Part shown: positions 13,091 to 26,864 of the stretch, one piece after another
Layout of the letters: every line of letters starts with the position of its first letter
Position numbering within the stretch: position 1 is the stretch's first letter
NCBI RefSeq assembly: GCF_009914755.1
Contig: NC_060927.1
Strand: one strand, 5' to 3'
Source of the DNA: the human T2T-CHM13v2.0 reference genome, Homo sapiens
Length of the DNA: 64,000 bases
Translations under genes and position numbers: made by a program
The notes under the pieces: generated by a model
Database searches by the model: none
What the model saw: only the letters and a program-made list of their open reading frames with translations
What the model was told of the DNA's origin: nothing

Positions 13091-14103
13091 TGGTTATGAT
13101 TATGATGAGAGAGATGGTCAGCTATGCTCTTTGGAGATGAGACACACAAAGTTGTAGTCTCTGTGTCACAAAGCTCTTATGAAAATTTCAGTTTCCTAAT
13201 ACATTTTGGCACACATTATTACTTCCTTGTGACCAGTATGTGCCAATGAGTGTTATAGCACCTGGCCCTGAACTAGGTCTCAGGGTCAGGATTTCCTTGC
13301 TCTCTTCCACTTCTCTTTTTCTCCATTTCGAAATGGCCAAGGAATATGATTTAAATTTAAGCATTTAACTAGGCAGGAATAAGTAACTTACCAAAGCTGC
13401 TGCTTATCTAAAATCATTGTTCAAAGTAACAGACATGAATTTAAAGGCTCACGGATATGCATTCTGGTATCTAGAGTTTATAGTAATTAGCTCCATCTTA
13501 AGCACACTCAAAGCTATAAAAGTTGAATAGTATTGGTGGTTTTGTTTCTATGTGTGATCTTAGAAAACGAAGCAAATGTCAAATATTAGCATTCAGGTCC
13601 TGCTCCATGATTTTTGTTTGTTTTTATACAGAAATTAAAGTAGCTTTTTTTCTCCCTATAAGCTCCCTCCTTGCTGCATGCCTTACTTTGTCTCCCACCC
13701 ACACATCCTTTAGTAATGAAATCTTTTCTGCTTAGTATCAGCACATTTGGAAGAAAACATATAACAAAGTTTCTTTAGCTATAGGTAATAAAGAGGAGTC
13801 TAGGATTCAAACGTAAAGGTATTTGTGAATTGGCTCTTGCTTGTTTGCCTTGTAGCTATACATTCCAGAGTTTTCTTCACAGGAAGGAGGCCCACAGAAG
13901 GCTAATAATAGGTTATTCATGTACAGGCGATGTTTGCTCCAAGCCTTTTTTTTTAATTAAATAGATAGCATTTTTTACTTTTAAAATAAGCACTTAAGCT
14001 ATACAGATTATAATATTAAGTAGACACTGATATAGATCACTATAATGTGAGGTGTACTTATTTCTTAATGTTTTACATTGATGTTTCTTCCTCTCCATTT
14101 TAG

Positions 14104-14382
14104 GACACTTGGTGGGGTTCCCACACAAGCTCCTCCACCTCTTGAAGCAACTTCATCATCACAAATTATCTGCCCAGATGGGGTCACTTCAGCAAACTTT
14201 TACCCTGAAACTTGGGTTTATATGCATCCATCTCAGGACTTCATCCAAGTCCCTGTTTCTGCAGAGGATAAAAGTTATCGGATCATTTACAATCTTTTTC
14301 ATAAGACTGTGCCTGAGTTTAAATACAGAATTTTGCAGATATTGAGAGTCCAAAACCAGTTTCTTTGGGAGAAATATAAAAG
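14104..14382 (+). CDS. TIPARP: TIPARP coding exon, 279 bp (TLGGVPTQAPPP...LRVQNQFLWEKYKR; linker and start of PARP catalytic domain)
   Basis: TTTTAG acceptor ending 14103, GTGAGT donor at 14383; I..I.RVQN..LW..Y motif typical of mono-ART PARPs. Confidence 0.96.
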
Positions 14383-14411
14383 GTGAGTCAGATGTATGAA
14401 AAGTTCAAGAC

Positions 14412-14784
<373 letters not shown>

Positions 14785-14789
14785 TTATG

Positions 14790-15000
14790 TTCATATTTTC
14801 TGTGTATTGACTGACATATAATCCTCATAACAGACATAAGTAGGATTATTACAATTTATATCCTACAGAGAAGAAGAAACTGAGTCACAGAAAGCTTACT
14901 TTGCTGCAGGTCATGCGGCTATTATGATATGGTGCTGGAATTTGAACCCAGGCCGTCTGGCACCAGAGGCCTTGCTCTTAATCCCTTTACTGTGGTGCCT
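14790..15000 (-). mobile_element. MIR SINE
   Basis: gaagaaactgagtcacagaaag...ggaatttgaacccaggccgtctgg. Confidence 0.7.
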
Positions 15001-15364
15001 CTCAAGTCAACAAACTAATGAAGGACAAATGGAGGGAATACATTTAGATTTCAGGAATCTCAGAATCTAAGAGACCCTCAGATTGGAGGAATTAGGCAAG
15101 GAGGGCATCCTGAGGAAAAACATAGGAGAACTCTTAATAGATTTAAGATGAAAGAGAAAGCAAGTGAATGATTGGTGGAGAAAGAAGGAAAAGGCCTTCT
15201 CTACAGTGGAAAGATAAGTTTCAACTTTTAATAGGATCTTTGATGGCATTTTGCCCTTGATAACTCCTCATTAAAACCATAAAGAGAAGTTTATGACTAC
15301 ATCATGCCTGTTAAATTGACCTGTATTTCATCCTTCTGAATTCTCTGTCTGTTCTTTCCATTAG

Positions 15365-15812
15365 GAAAAAGGAATATATGAACAGGAAAATGTTTGGCCG
15401 TGACAGGATAATAAATGAGAGACATTTATTTCATGGAACATCCCAGGATGTGGTAGATGGAATCTGCAAACACAACTTTGACCCTCGAGTCTGTGGAAAG
15501 CATGCTACAATGTTTGGACAAGGCAGTTATTTTGCAAAGAAGGCAAGCTACTCTCATAACTTTTCTAAGAAGTCCTCCAAAGGAGTCCACTTCATGTTTC
15601 TGGCCAAAGTGCTGACGGGCAGATACACAATGGGCAGTCATGGCATGAGAAGGCCCCCGCCAGTCAATCCTGGCAGTGTCACCAGTGACCTTTATGACTC
15701 TTGTGTGGATAATTTCTTTGAGCCTCAGATTTTTGTCATTTTTAATGATGACCAGAGTTACCCTTATTTTGTTATCCAATATGAAGAAGTCAGTAACACT
15801 GTTTCCATTTGA
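15365..15812 (+). CDS. TIPARP: TIPARP last coding exon: PARP catalytic domain with H-Y-I triad, stop TGA at 15810-15812
   Basis: TTAG acceptor ending 15364; NERHLFHGT (His codon 15432), FGQGSYFA (Tyr codon 15528), QIFVIF (Ile in place of the PARP1 catalytic Glu), YPYFVIQY; spacing fits PARP7 H532/Y564/I631. Confidence 0.98.
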
Positions 15813-17450
15813 AAAATCTTGGTACTGCTAAATTATTTGATATGAACTCAATCCAGCATTTGTAGCAGGTTTTGAATGGGTGGGACTGGGTGGGGAACAG
15901 CATTGGACATTAATAGGGCACTTTTCAGACCCATTTTTTAAAGTGCTAGAAAATGCTTTTTTTAAAAAAAAAAATACAAGTTTTAAAATGACCACTTACT
16001 CTTTAATTATTTACTAATTGCTAGTGTACTCAGTGTGGAAAAGACTACAGATTACACACTCTTTTCATTCACACTTGTACATATAGACAGCAATGTTATT
16101 AGGAGCATTAAATTAAAAAACTGAACAGCCTAATTTAAATGTGGCTTGGGCCTGGTAGAAGTTTGACCAAATGGAATGGAGGCTGTGAGCAATGTGAGGA
16201 TTCTATTTATTTATTTACGTTTGATAAAACTTACTGGAACTAGTACTACCATGCGTATTCCCTGTCCAAAGCATCACTGCTTTGGTATAGTATAAGTTCA
16301 TGAAATTCTGGTGGGTAGAAAGAAATTTTTATTTCTATCAGCAGTACTAAAATGTATCAGCCAACCAGAGAACATCAGTGACTTTAACTTCTGCAGAGTT
16401 TGCCCCAGAATTCAGAGTTCTATTTAGAGGAAGTTAAAACAACAACAAAAAACAACCATTTGAAAAATTTTTGTCACCAGCAAAACTTTTCACTAATTAG
16501 TGATATGAAATGTGATTTTTGTGTTGTTAAACTTCAGCTTTGGAAAACTCAGTCTCTTTCATTATCATCCATTCCAATTTGAAGGAGTTGGGCAGCTAAT
16601 TTGGTTAAAGGCAGTCTTGAGGGTTAGAAGTATTACTTCCTTTTCGGGTTCCAGACCTAGCTTGTGACTGAAAGTTTTAGAAAAAGGAAGTACATCTATA
16701 GCCGAATTGATAAGGTTATTACTGTGTTTTGCACAAAGTATATTAGCAAAAGTATTTGCTGGAATTATTGGTAGATGGCAGTCCCACTCCTACACCTGCT
16801 TTGTCAGATACAGCTGGGTTCCCTGGCTGACTCTGTACCTTACTTACACTACTTACTTAATAGAAACACAAACTTGGAAATTGTGCCAGTGGTCCAGCTG
16901 GAGCACAACGTTTGGTGAATATGCTGTTTCCTCAGTTCAGAGAGGTAGCAACTAGGTAAACTCCTTATAAAAAGCAAATACCTGGATTTACAAAAGTGAA
17001 AGTAGTTGTTCACAAAAGAATTCGCCATGGAATTCTTTCAGTTACCAAGCTCTCCTGGTAATGTTTGTGGTTATATCATTTACACAAAACTTTTCAGGAA
17101 CTTCTGTGTTGTTTAAGCAAGATGTATCTGTACTGATGTCTCAGTGAATCAGTCTGTTTATTAAGCACTTATCAGGGCTTCCACACACTTATTTATTTTG
17201 CCCTAGTTAATCCTGTTGTTTGCTGCCATTGGCATGAAATGGCCAACTGTGGCTGTTACAGTTCTTTCATTCAATTATAACTTGTAAACCAGTGACTCCT
17301 AATCTTTTTCAAGTTAAGACACCTTACCATTGCTTATTTGGTTTTATGAGACTTGTTCCTTTTTTTCTCCCTAAGGAAAAAGAAAGCTTTATGACATATT
17401 TATTTTTTTAATAAAACTAAGCAAAAATAAAACTTATGGTAATTCTTTAA
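15813..17450 (+). other. TIPARP: TIPARP 3' UTR (~1.6 kb) with AU-rich and Pumilio elements
   Basis: Apparently repeat-free AT-rich tract from stop codon to poly(A) signals; ATTTATTTATTTA at 16205-16217, TGTACATA at 16076-16083. Confidence 0.85.
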
Positions 17451-17470
17451 AATTTGTTGTTGTTTTGGTT
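17410..17470 (+). terminator. TIPARP polyadenylation site: tandem AATAAA plus GU-rich downstream element
   Basis: AATAAA at 17410-17415 and 17426-17431; tttgttgttgttttggtt at ~17453-17470. Confidence 0.85.
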
Positions 17471-17584
17471 CCATTTAAGATCACTGGATTAATACATAGT
17501 TGGTGATCTGTAAATGTTGATTGGTTGGTTAAATGTATGATTGAGTGACTGAATGAACAGACCTAACCAGAACTTGCTGCTTAA

Positions 17585-18005
<421 letters not shown>

Positions 18006-18180
18006 TCCAAAACTTTTTGAGCATCAACATGATACTGAAAGAAAATGCTCATTGGAACATACCAGATTCTGGATTTTCAGATTAGGAATGTTCAACTGGG
18101 AAATACACAAATACTTAAAAACCTGAAATCCGAAACACTTCTAGTCCCAGGTGTTTCCCATAAGGGAAACTCAATCTGTA
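18006..18180. mobile_element. MER46/Tigger4-like DNA transposon fragment
   Basis: Terminal aaatccgaaacacttctagtcccag...taagggaaactcaatctgTA resembles the remembered MER46 end. Confidence 0.7.
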
Positions 18181-18260
18181 TCAGCAGACAGCTGCAGAGA
18201 AAAACATAAGCAGGTTGTCCCTTTCACTGGGTGTGAAGGAAATATAAAAAGGATTTGTAT

Positions 18261-18539
18261 GGCCAGGCATGGTGGTTCATGCCTATAATCCCATCACTTT
18301 CGGAGGCTAAGGCAGGCGGATTGCTTGAGCTCAGGAGTTTGAGACCAGCCTAGGCAGCATGGCGAAACCCCGTCTCTACAAAAATAGAGAAATTAGCCGG
18401 GTGCGGTTATGTGTGCCTGTGGTCCCAGCTACTCAGGGGGCTGAGGCTTAAGCCCAGGATGCAGAGGTACAGTGAGCCGAGATTGTGCCACTGACTTCCA
18501 GCCTGGGCAACAGAGTGAAACTGTCTCAAGAAAAAAAAA
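18261..18539 (+). mobile_element. Alu (J/S) with small right-arm deletion
   Basis: ggccaggcatggtggttcatgcctataatccc...cctgggcaacagagtgaaactgtctc + A tail. Confidence 0.92.
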
Positions 18540-21143
18540 GTGGGGGAATGGAATTGTAGAAGTCTCATCAGCTCTCAAAGCCCCTTAGATTTCAGCCAGC
18601 TAGCAAAGTCATCTGATTAGTATACATAAGCATTTCTAACAGTGCTTTTAGCCCCAGTGTAATGATTTTTATATCCCTGTAATAGCATCGTATGTTGTTT
18701 TAACTAAGTAATAACTACCAAGTCAGTCTAAATTTTGTAATGGTTCTATGGATTTAAAACATACTAAAAGGCATTCAGTAACTTCTACCAGCACAGCTGT
18801 AATTTACACCATTTCAAGAAGCTGGAACTTGCTCTTAAACTATGGTTAAGATTTCCAGGAAAAGAGAGTCTACAAACTCCCTGAGATTCCAGTCATACAA
18901 TCCTATAGACAGGAAGATTTTGTATGTGTCCAAAGTTTATAAATATTGGATCCTTGGTATTATGAATCTAATACCCATCTCTGCACCTTGTTACAAACCT
19001 GTTTGTTTTAGTAAACAATTAGTTGGTTATAAAAAGTCACTAGGGCCTGATATACTTGTAAAGAAATTTTATTATATAAGGTCTGAAAATGACTAAATAG
19101 GAATCCAATACCATACTGTCAGTTTAAAGAGAGGTTTTTTCCTCCTTCATTTAAGGAAAGTAAGATTACTGCAAGATGTTTCTAGATTTCCTTAGTTTGA
19201 ATCTAACAGTCAAAACACATTTTAGAAAATCCTACATAGTACTTTTCTGGAATCTAATCCATACCACGTATGTTGTTGCTATTACCATGCGGTTTTAAAA
19301 AAATAACTTAAGCTCTTCTATTGTAACTAAACTATACAGCCTTGAACAAATCACTTAACCTTACCACATGGTTAGTTTTCTCATCTTTCTCATCTTTGAC
19401 TTTTTTAAATGACTATAAATGATGAGACTATCTAACTTTAAAACACTACAATGCAAAAATTTTTTGTAAAGTGCTATACAAACAACTTATAGCATGTACT
19501 TACAAATTAAAAGCCAGATACATTTTCCATTAAAAGATAGTTTTAAAAACAGTCCCATCTAGTTTGTTGATTTAAGTACTCTTATTATGGCCAAGTTAAA
19601 GAAATTAAACAGTGCTTTTTACCTTCTTTAACTTTCTAATCTTACTTGTAAGCCATCATTATAGAAAGAAAAAGATGCTATTGAAAGATTTCATCAGCAT
19701 TAATTAGTTGGTCTTATTTTATTGCTTAACTCATTTCTTCACGTATCTTTTGGAAGACAACTCCTGCATAGAACTGTCAGATGGCAGCTCTTTTGAAGCT
19801 TTAATCTTACGTGAATGGAAGTGTTTGTGTGGTAGAAGTGTTTCATGAACACTTGCCAAATTCTTCAAGCTAGAGGAGCAGTGCCCAGCCATTTTAAATA
19901 TGTCAATTTCATCGATTATCATAGTAATTCTTAATTACCTAATGATTTCTAAAATGCAGAATGACCAAAAGCTACCAGGAATTCAATGATTTTTTTTTAA
20001 TCAAACTTGGATTACTCGTCACAAATATATATATCTACATTTGATATGTGTGATATACTTAGTCTATAGACATATATGATGCTTAAATGGATTAATGGTT
20101 CCTTATGATAATTCCAATATGCTGCTGGTGTTCATAGTTAACAGGCTAGAACCACTGGGCTAGACTATTTCTATATTCATGTTTAAATAATTTCCTTTTT
20201 TAACTAGGTGCATGTCCTTAATTATATCCAATCTTAAAATAGCCTTAAATCAGATAGCTAATAGGTTCAACCCAGTTCAAGAGCCTCTAACCCTTCTAAT
20301 GCTTAGCAAGTCTTAGGTGCCGAATTGTCCATTTGGTGGGCCTCATGTTAGATACATCACGCTGCTCTTCAAAGTGTATCACAGTATATTAAGGATCTTA
20401 TTTAACAGATTTGAGTGGCAAGAGTACACTCAACAGGTGCTACACAACTACATGATAATATAGTACTCGTCAATAAGAATAAGAAATTCTTGTGCAACCA
20501 TCAGTTTATAAATTGTTTTTTGAACAGCAGTGATAGATTTGGGGCATTAACCTACACTTTTTTTGTCAAAGGTCTCACTTGAAGGTCATGCATTTTATAG
20601 TATTTTGGATAAGGATTTAAGTCATAGTTTCTAAACTGGGTGTAATTAACTATTCCCTATAGAAGTAGCAATCATGAATCTAATTAGCATTAGTCTCAGT
20701 GGTCTAAGCTAATTGAATTCAGTATCTATAAGCATTAGTTCCAACCACTCATAAATGTAGCTGGATTTCTAAATGCCAGTTTCTATCCATTACTATAGAT
20801 TTATGACTATATTTTTCTAAGCTACAAGTTTGCAGTCTTATTTATAATTATTAATAACATAGGCACATACAAGTCAGTGCTAGACAGGAGTGGGAATGCA
20901 GATTTTGTGGGTCATTGTTAGGGGAATTCAATTTTGTGATAAATTAGTGTCATTTACTTATCAGAAAGCAATGGCTTAGTTACAAGCCTGCCCAAGAAAG
21001 TTATTTGCACAATTTGAATATGTGGCTTGTTGGCTGAGATAAAGAATGTAAAGCAGAAGAGTGCCTGGCTCTTGATATACAATCAAATTTTAATGAGTGG
21101 TAGTAAGAATAGCAGTAGTAGCAGCAGAAGGAATAGTAAGTAC

Positions 21144-21570
21144 TGTGGTAGGCTGAATAATGGCCCACAAAAGTGTCCAAGTCCTAATCCCAAGAACCTG
21201 TCAATATGTAACCTTATATGGCAAAAAAAGCACTATTGATTAGGAATCCCGACTCCTGAGATAGGTTATCTTCTAGTGGGCCTAGTGTAATCACAAGGGT
21301 CCTTATAAGGAGACAAGTCAGAGATGGAAAGATGCTCTGCACTGCTGGCTTTGAAGATGGAGGCTGAGACCATGAGCCAATGAATGCAGATGGCCTTTAG
21401 GAGCTACAAAACATAAGAAAACACCTTCTCCCCCAGAGCTTCCAGAATGAATGCAGCTCTGCCAACACCTTGATTTTGGGACTCTGACCTCCAGAACTGT
21501 AAGTATAAATTTGTGTTGTTTAAAGTTGCTAAGTTGTAATTTGTAATAGCTGCAATAGAAAACTAATACA
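21144..21570 (+). mobile_element. MaLR solo LTR (MLT1B-D-like)
   Basis: tgtggtaggctgaataatggccc...gtaatcacaagggtccttataag...ataaatttgtgttgtttaaag...aactaataca. Confidence 0.85.
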
Positions 21571-22189
21571 AATAGTAAAAATAATAGTAATGATATTGGA
21601 GAATCATCAGAGAACTGTTCCAATATAAATTAATAATTAAAACGAGCTCTACAAATGTGAAAAATTCAAAAGCCTGTTGAAAGTGTTAAAATTTGTGTGA
21701 AATTCCAAGAGTAGACTACCAGTGGCTTTCCGAAAGTGGTATATCTACATGCTAAAGATAAACCCATTTAAAGTAAGGTTTCTTCAAAGGAGCAGTTAAA
21801 TACTGAATAATGGCAAGCACTACAGTTAGTCAGATAGCCCAGTAAAACAGATCTCTTGTGGAAGATGGGGGAGAATGGAAATTGGTTAGTGAAAAAGATG
21901 TAGGATGGAAAATCTTAGCATTGAGATTGTCTAATAGTAAATTTACTTTGCAGATTCAAGCGTCCTTTAAGTGTTCTTCTTATGTGGGGAAGAGAACCAA
22001 GCTAGTTAGAAATTACTTATTAACTAGCTCAGAGCCCAGGAAATTCCTTTCTCCAGGATATAAAGTAGCTTTCTTTTTTTTTTATTACAGAAAAGTTAAT
22101 TTATTTTTACATGAAAACATTTTGAAACCAATTTTGTGTTTATTGAAGGATTTTTCTCATGCATATTATCCAAGATTTTTTTCTGTCAG

Positions 22190-22906
22190 AGTATTAGCTT
22201 CCTAGGATTGCTGTAACAAATTACCATGAACTGGGTACCTTAAAACAGCAGAAATACGTTCTCACTGTTCTGGATGCTAGATGTGCAAAACCATGTTAGC
22301 AGGGTTGGCAACTACTGGAACTCTGAGGGAGAATCTATTCCATGCTTTTTTCCTATCTTCTGAGGGTTCCCACAATGTATCACTCCAATCTCTGCCTCCA
22401 GCTTCATGTGGCATTCTCCCCTGTGTCTCTATCTTCTCTTTCTTCCTTTTTTTTTTTTTTTTTTTTTTTTGAGACAGAGTCTCGTTCTGTTGCTCACACT
22501 GGAGTGCAGTGGTGTGATCTCGCAACCTCCACCTCCCGGGTTTGAGTGATTCTTGTGCCTCAGACTCCTGGGTAGCTGACATTACAAGCACCACGCCTGG
22601 CTAATTTTATTTTTAGTAGAGATGGGTTTTCGCCATGTTGGCCAGGCTGGTCTTGAACTCCTGAGCCTCAAGCGATTTGCCTGGCTTGGCCTCCCACAGT
22701 GCTGGGATTACAGGCGTGAGCCACCATGCCCGCCCTATCTTCTCTTATAAGGAACACCAGTCATATTGGATTAAGGGCCTGCCCTGCTCCAGTATGACCT
22801 CATCTTAGCTACTTACAACCACAACCACAGTATTTCCAAATAAGGTCACATTCTGAGGCTCCAGGAAGTACATGAATTTTGGAGAGGACACCATTCAACC
22901 CAGTAC
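22190..22906 (-). mobile_element. MaLR LTR (MLT1-like) inside the retrocopy 3' UTR, interrupted by an Alu
   Basis: gtattagcttcctaggattgctgtaacaaattacca...tttccaaataaggtcacattctgagg...caccattcaaccc. Confidence 0.82.
22441..22734 (-). mobile_element. Alu (S-like) nested in MLT1
   Basis: Reverse Alu with poly-T; TSD CTATCTTCTCTT at 22429-22440 and 22735-22746. Confidence 0.93.
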
Positions 22907-25900
22907 ATTCAGTTTCTATTTAACATAAAAAATAATTCCCATACTATACAGGATGAAAAAATGACTTATGAAATAGGTGAAAGATTGTTGAATATACAAA
23001 TGTGATCTTTTCTTTTCCAATCACATACAGAGATAAGAATTTTTTGGGAATATGTCTCATTCACAAATATGTATTATATGCAAAGAGAAATTTATACATT
23101 GTTCAAGTAGGATTCAGGGAATTAACCTAGGTGCGTTCTCTTGTTTCTATTTCAACCATATTGTTCTCCAGATTTTTTTCCTAATTCTGATTTCCCTGTA
23201 GGATTGTTCAGATTTAAATAAAGCCTGTAAAGCAGAAGTAGTGAACAAGCCTGGGTACTAAAGTTAAATATTACAGAGGCAGATAAAATAAGTCTGAGAA
23301 AAATTCATGCATTTAATTCTATCTATTTTGCCCACATAGTTATGCTGATATTTCATTCACTTGGATTCACCAACTTAAAATTTGTAACTATAATGGAGAA
23401 TCTTTTTTCTGTATTTGAAAAAAGTGCACTGAGCAAATTAATAGTATAAATATGATTTCAAGGATAACTAAGAGAATATTTATTTCTATGTATGGTTAAT
23501 CAACATGCCCCCTTCCATACTCCATGTGCCCTTTGACTAATTATCTCCAATTCATCTTTCAGGTCACAATTCAAGTATAAATAATAAATTAGAAGTACAT
23601 ATTACTATAAAAAATTGACATGTGAATTATGAATCAATCTCCTCAATTTGTTAAAGAATCTTCTACCAAGTACTCTTTTCTTGAATAAACTTTTACCCAT
23701 ATTACAGTTACCATATCTTTGTAACAACATTAAGGGAGCATTGATTTTACTATATTAAATAGACAGTTTTCTATTTCAAATAGACTTGGCTGAATTATTT
23801 TGATTAGCTCAATTAAAAAATACAAGATTCTAATAAGAGACTTTATTACTTACTAAAGGCATTGTGAGCTATTATTAAAATAAATACAATTGACATGAAA
23901 TATAAGTTTTGTGAAACAATTCTCTGTAACGACTTTACATTTTTACTTTGCGATAGATGAACAAAATGGCCCATATCATACTGAAAAATCCCTTTAAAAT
24001 AATAGACTATAATTTGAAAGATGAAATTTTATCAGTATAACACACATTTAAACTAATATTTTAAAATTTAAAATTTGTAAAAAGCCTACATTTGAGAAAG
24101 CTAATTATTCACAAGTAGGGACATTAAAATTCATTCCATAATCATCATTATTTGAGCCACAGAAAGACTGATGCAAATTGGAATATCTAAATTCAAAATT
24201 TAGGACATGCAGATGTGATTACAACATCTTTCTCTTTGGTAGCTTGAGTTTACGTATTTAGATAAACACAACACAGTATTATTTTTTAAAAAATTTCCTG
24301 GCCAGAGGAAGGATTGCCTTCAAGAGTCCAATATGATGCAAAGATTAACACATTTTTCCAGTCTGGAGGTGCTGCTGCTCCCTGAGTGTAACTTTCTCTG
24401 TCATGTATTTCCTACAGTTTCTTTTTGAGAAAAAAGAAATGCTAAATGCTATCAATTTTCAGACTGTCCCACACTTAAACCTATACCAAGACATTCAGGG
24501 ACATAACATGAGTAAAGATTAGAGAAATTGTGAGAAAAAATTTGAAGAATAAGATGATGGTAACTTATAATTTGATAGCTGCTCTAAGCTTGGCTGAGCG
24601 CCCTCTGGGGTTATCTTGTACATCCTGATCTTGTGGACTAAGTACCTTCTTGTGTATCAGTTCCCACATTAAAGGAGCTCTTCTCATAGAGACTTCTTCC
24701 GTGTTTTCATGATCTGAACCCAATTGAGATGTTTTCATCACTTGTTGTCTAACACTTAGGTTAAATCTTTCTGTCATGCTTATTCCAAGCAAAAATCTTT
24801 TGACGATGCGATCCTCTAGTGAATGGAAGGAGAGGGCAACAAGACGACCACCAAGTCTCAGAAACTTCTGAGCTGTCTTCAGTCCCGTGTAGAGTTCATT
24901 GAGCTCATTGTTCACAAATATGCGAAGAGCCTGGAAAGTCTTGGTGGCAATATAGGTAGATTGCTGTAGTAAGTCTTTCCGTGTATAAATAGCAGAGGGA
25001 GGAAATGTTCCTGCCACCATCCATTCTTATGTCCAAAGGGCCATCTTTCCGAAGGGAAGAACCTCTTTCAGGAGTATCAAGTTGCATGGAGGAACACCCA
25101 AGATCCATAAGAACTCCATCAAAAGTTCCTGGCTGCACTCCAGCTTTCATTAATAAGGCTTCTGCCTGGCTGAACTGGCCCAGCATAGCTCGGATTTGTT
25201 TAGGATACAACTCTGAAAGATGTTCAGCTAATGCATAAGCTGTTGGGTCTCTGTCCAAGGCATAGAGAACAATATCTGACTCCTTCTGCAGAATGGCTTT
25301 TGTGTGCCCTCCCGAACCAAATGTCATATCTAGAAAAATCTGTCCTTTTTGTGGTGACAAACAATGAACAACTTCATCCACCATTACTGGAATATGTAAT
25401 TTAGCCATAGTTTCAAAATCTCTATCTTGAGATCTGTGTAACTCCTGGACTTGAGTTTGATCTGTTTGCTCCCGGGCTTCATATTCTCTATATTTTTCTG
25501 CTGTAGTATGTATTCTTTTTGGCCAGACACCTAAATTAGGTATGCCAGATTCCAACCAACATGAAAGGCATTCTTTATACATTCTACAAAAATATGGATA
25601 CCGAAGCATTTTGTAGGTAAACAAATCTGAAGCACGAAGACTTCTCAGCTGGCCTCTAACTCGGGCCAGCGACTACCACTATGGTCCAGGAGAACCTGAA
25701 TGCGCCACGCCTAAAGTAGCTTTCTTAAGCTTAGCAAGGTACAGAGTTTTCTTTAACCCCTTGTTCATAAAGAATATTATCTTTCATAAAGACGTTGTTA
25801 AGGTCTCAAACCTTATTAAGAATAATCCCAGCTCTAATCAGCTTTTTATTGTTCATAATCAGGAGCTTCTTACCAGAGGACCTCATTTGAAGCTTTGCTT

Positions 25901-26225
25901 TGAAGGATGGGACATCCACTTAACTTTGTTCTCTATTGTACCTTTCTCCAAAGAGTCATGTGGAGAGGGTCAAGGTGATCAGATTGTTTCAGTAAAGACA
26001 CATAAAAGTATCTTAAATTATAATATAATGAATTCCATATGTCTCCTAACAGAAATCTAGAACAGATTAATTCAAGATTGATTAATTCAAAGGTGCAACA
26101 TTTCTAAGGAATCTGTGTGATTCTCTTGGCTCTTCCCTCATGACTGCAAGGACTGCTCTGGCTTCAAATACCACATCTCATTTGCAACATCCAAATGTAG
26201 AAAGGGTTGATCCTCATGAAGTGCC

Positions 26226-26227
<2 letters not shown>

Positions 26228-26260
<33 letters not shown>
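26228..26260. repeat. (TG)n microsatellite
   Basis: Directly visible. Confidence 0.97.
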
Positions 26261-26261
<1 letters not shown>

Positions 26262-26864
26262 TTATAAGAGTTAGAAAAACCTTACAGTAACACTCTAGTG
26301 GACTTTCAGTTATGTCTTACTATTCCGGGTTGCATCACAAGACCATGCCTAAACCAATCCCTGGCAAGGAGGACAGATTGACTATGAATGCTTTGAAATA
26401 ACCAACATTCACTCCCTGGGGAATAGGAGTTATCCATTAAGCAAGTGGTCACCCATACCTGAACAAGATTGGGCTTCTGTTTGTAAGGGAAAAAGAAAAT
26501 ATAGTTTGGCCTACAAGCCATAATTTGCCAACTCCTATGCTAGCGCAACATTTTACAACTTCCCTGAGCCTTCTTATCACCACCTGGGAGTGTGAAAACT
26601 AGATTCTGGACCCTTTCTCAAACCTCCTGAATTTTGATAAGCATATTGGATGATGCTTAGACAAGGCAAGTTAAGAACCCTGTGCTCTGTGAGGCCTTGT
26701 CCCTCAGATTGTGTGATGGAAAAGATAGAGGAGCCCTCCACACTAAAGTAGATGCATCGGCTCTTTCTTATCCAGACATGGGCTCACAAGAACATTAATG
26801 CTATGATTGTGTCTGAAAAAGCCAAGTGACATATAACTGAAACAACTTTTGGGATAATAGAACT

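Larger units (their letters stand above)
22076..25711 (-). pseudogene. METTL15P1: Full-length processed pseudogene of METTL15 (RsmH/MraW-family mitochondrial 12S rRNA m4C methyltransferase)
   Basis: Intronless; ATG at 25609 gives 234 aa with HIPVM, DMTFGSGGH and DLGCSSMQLD motifs; C-terminal half ([29 protein letters not shown]) lies in another frame to stop at 24565; long 3' UTR with AATAAA near 22100-22105 and A-tail at ~22076-22083; exact TSD TAAAGTAGCTTTCTT at 22061-22075 and 25712-25726. Confidence 0.96.

Noticed and set aside
15426-15779. 117-aa antisense ORF
   Set aside because: Shadow of the TIPARP coding exon.
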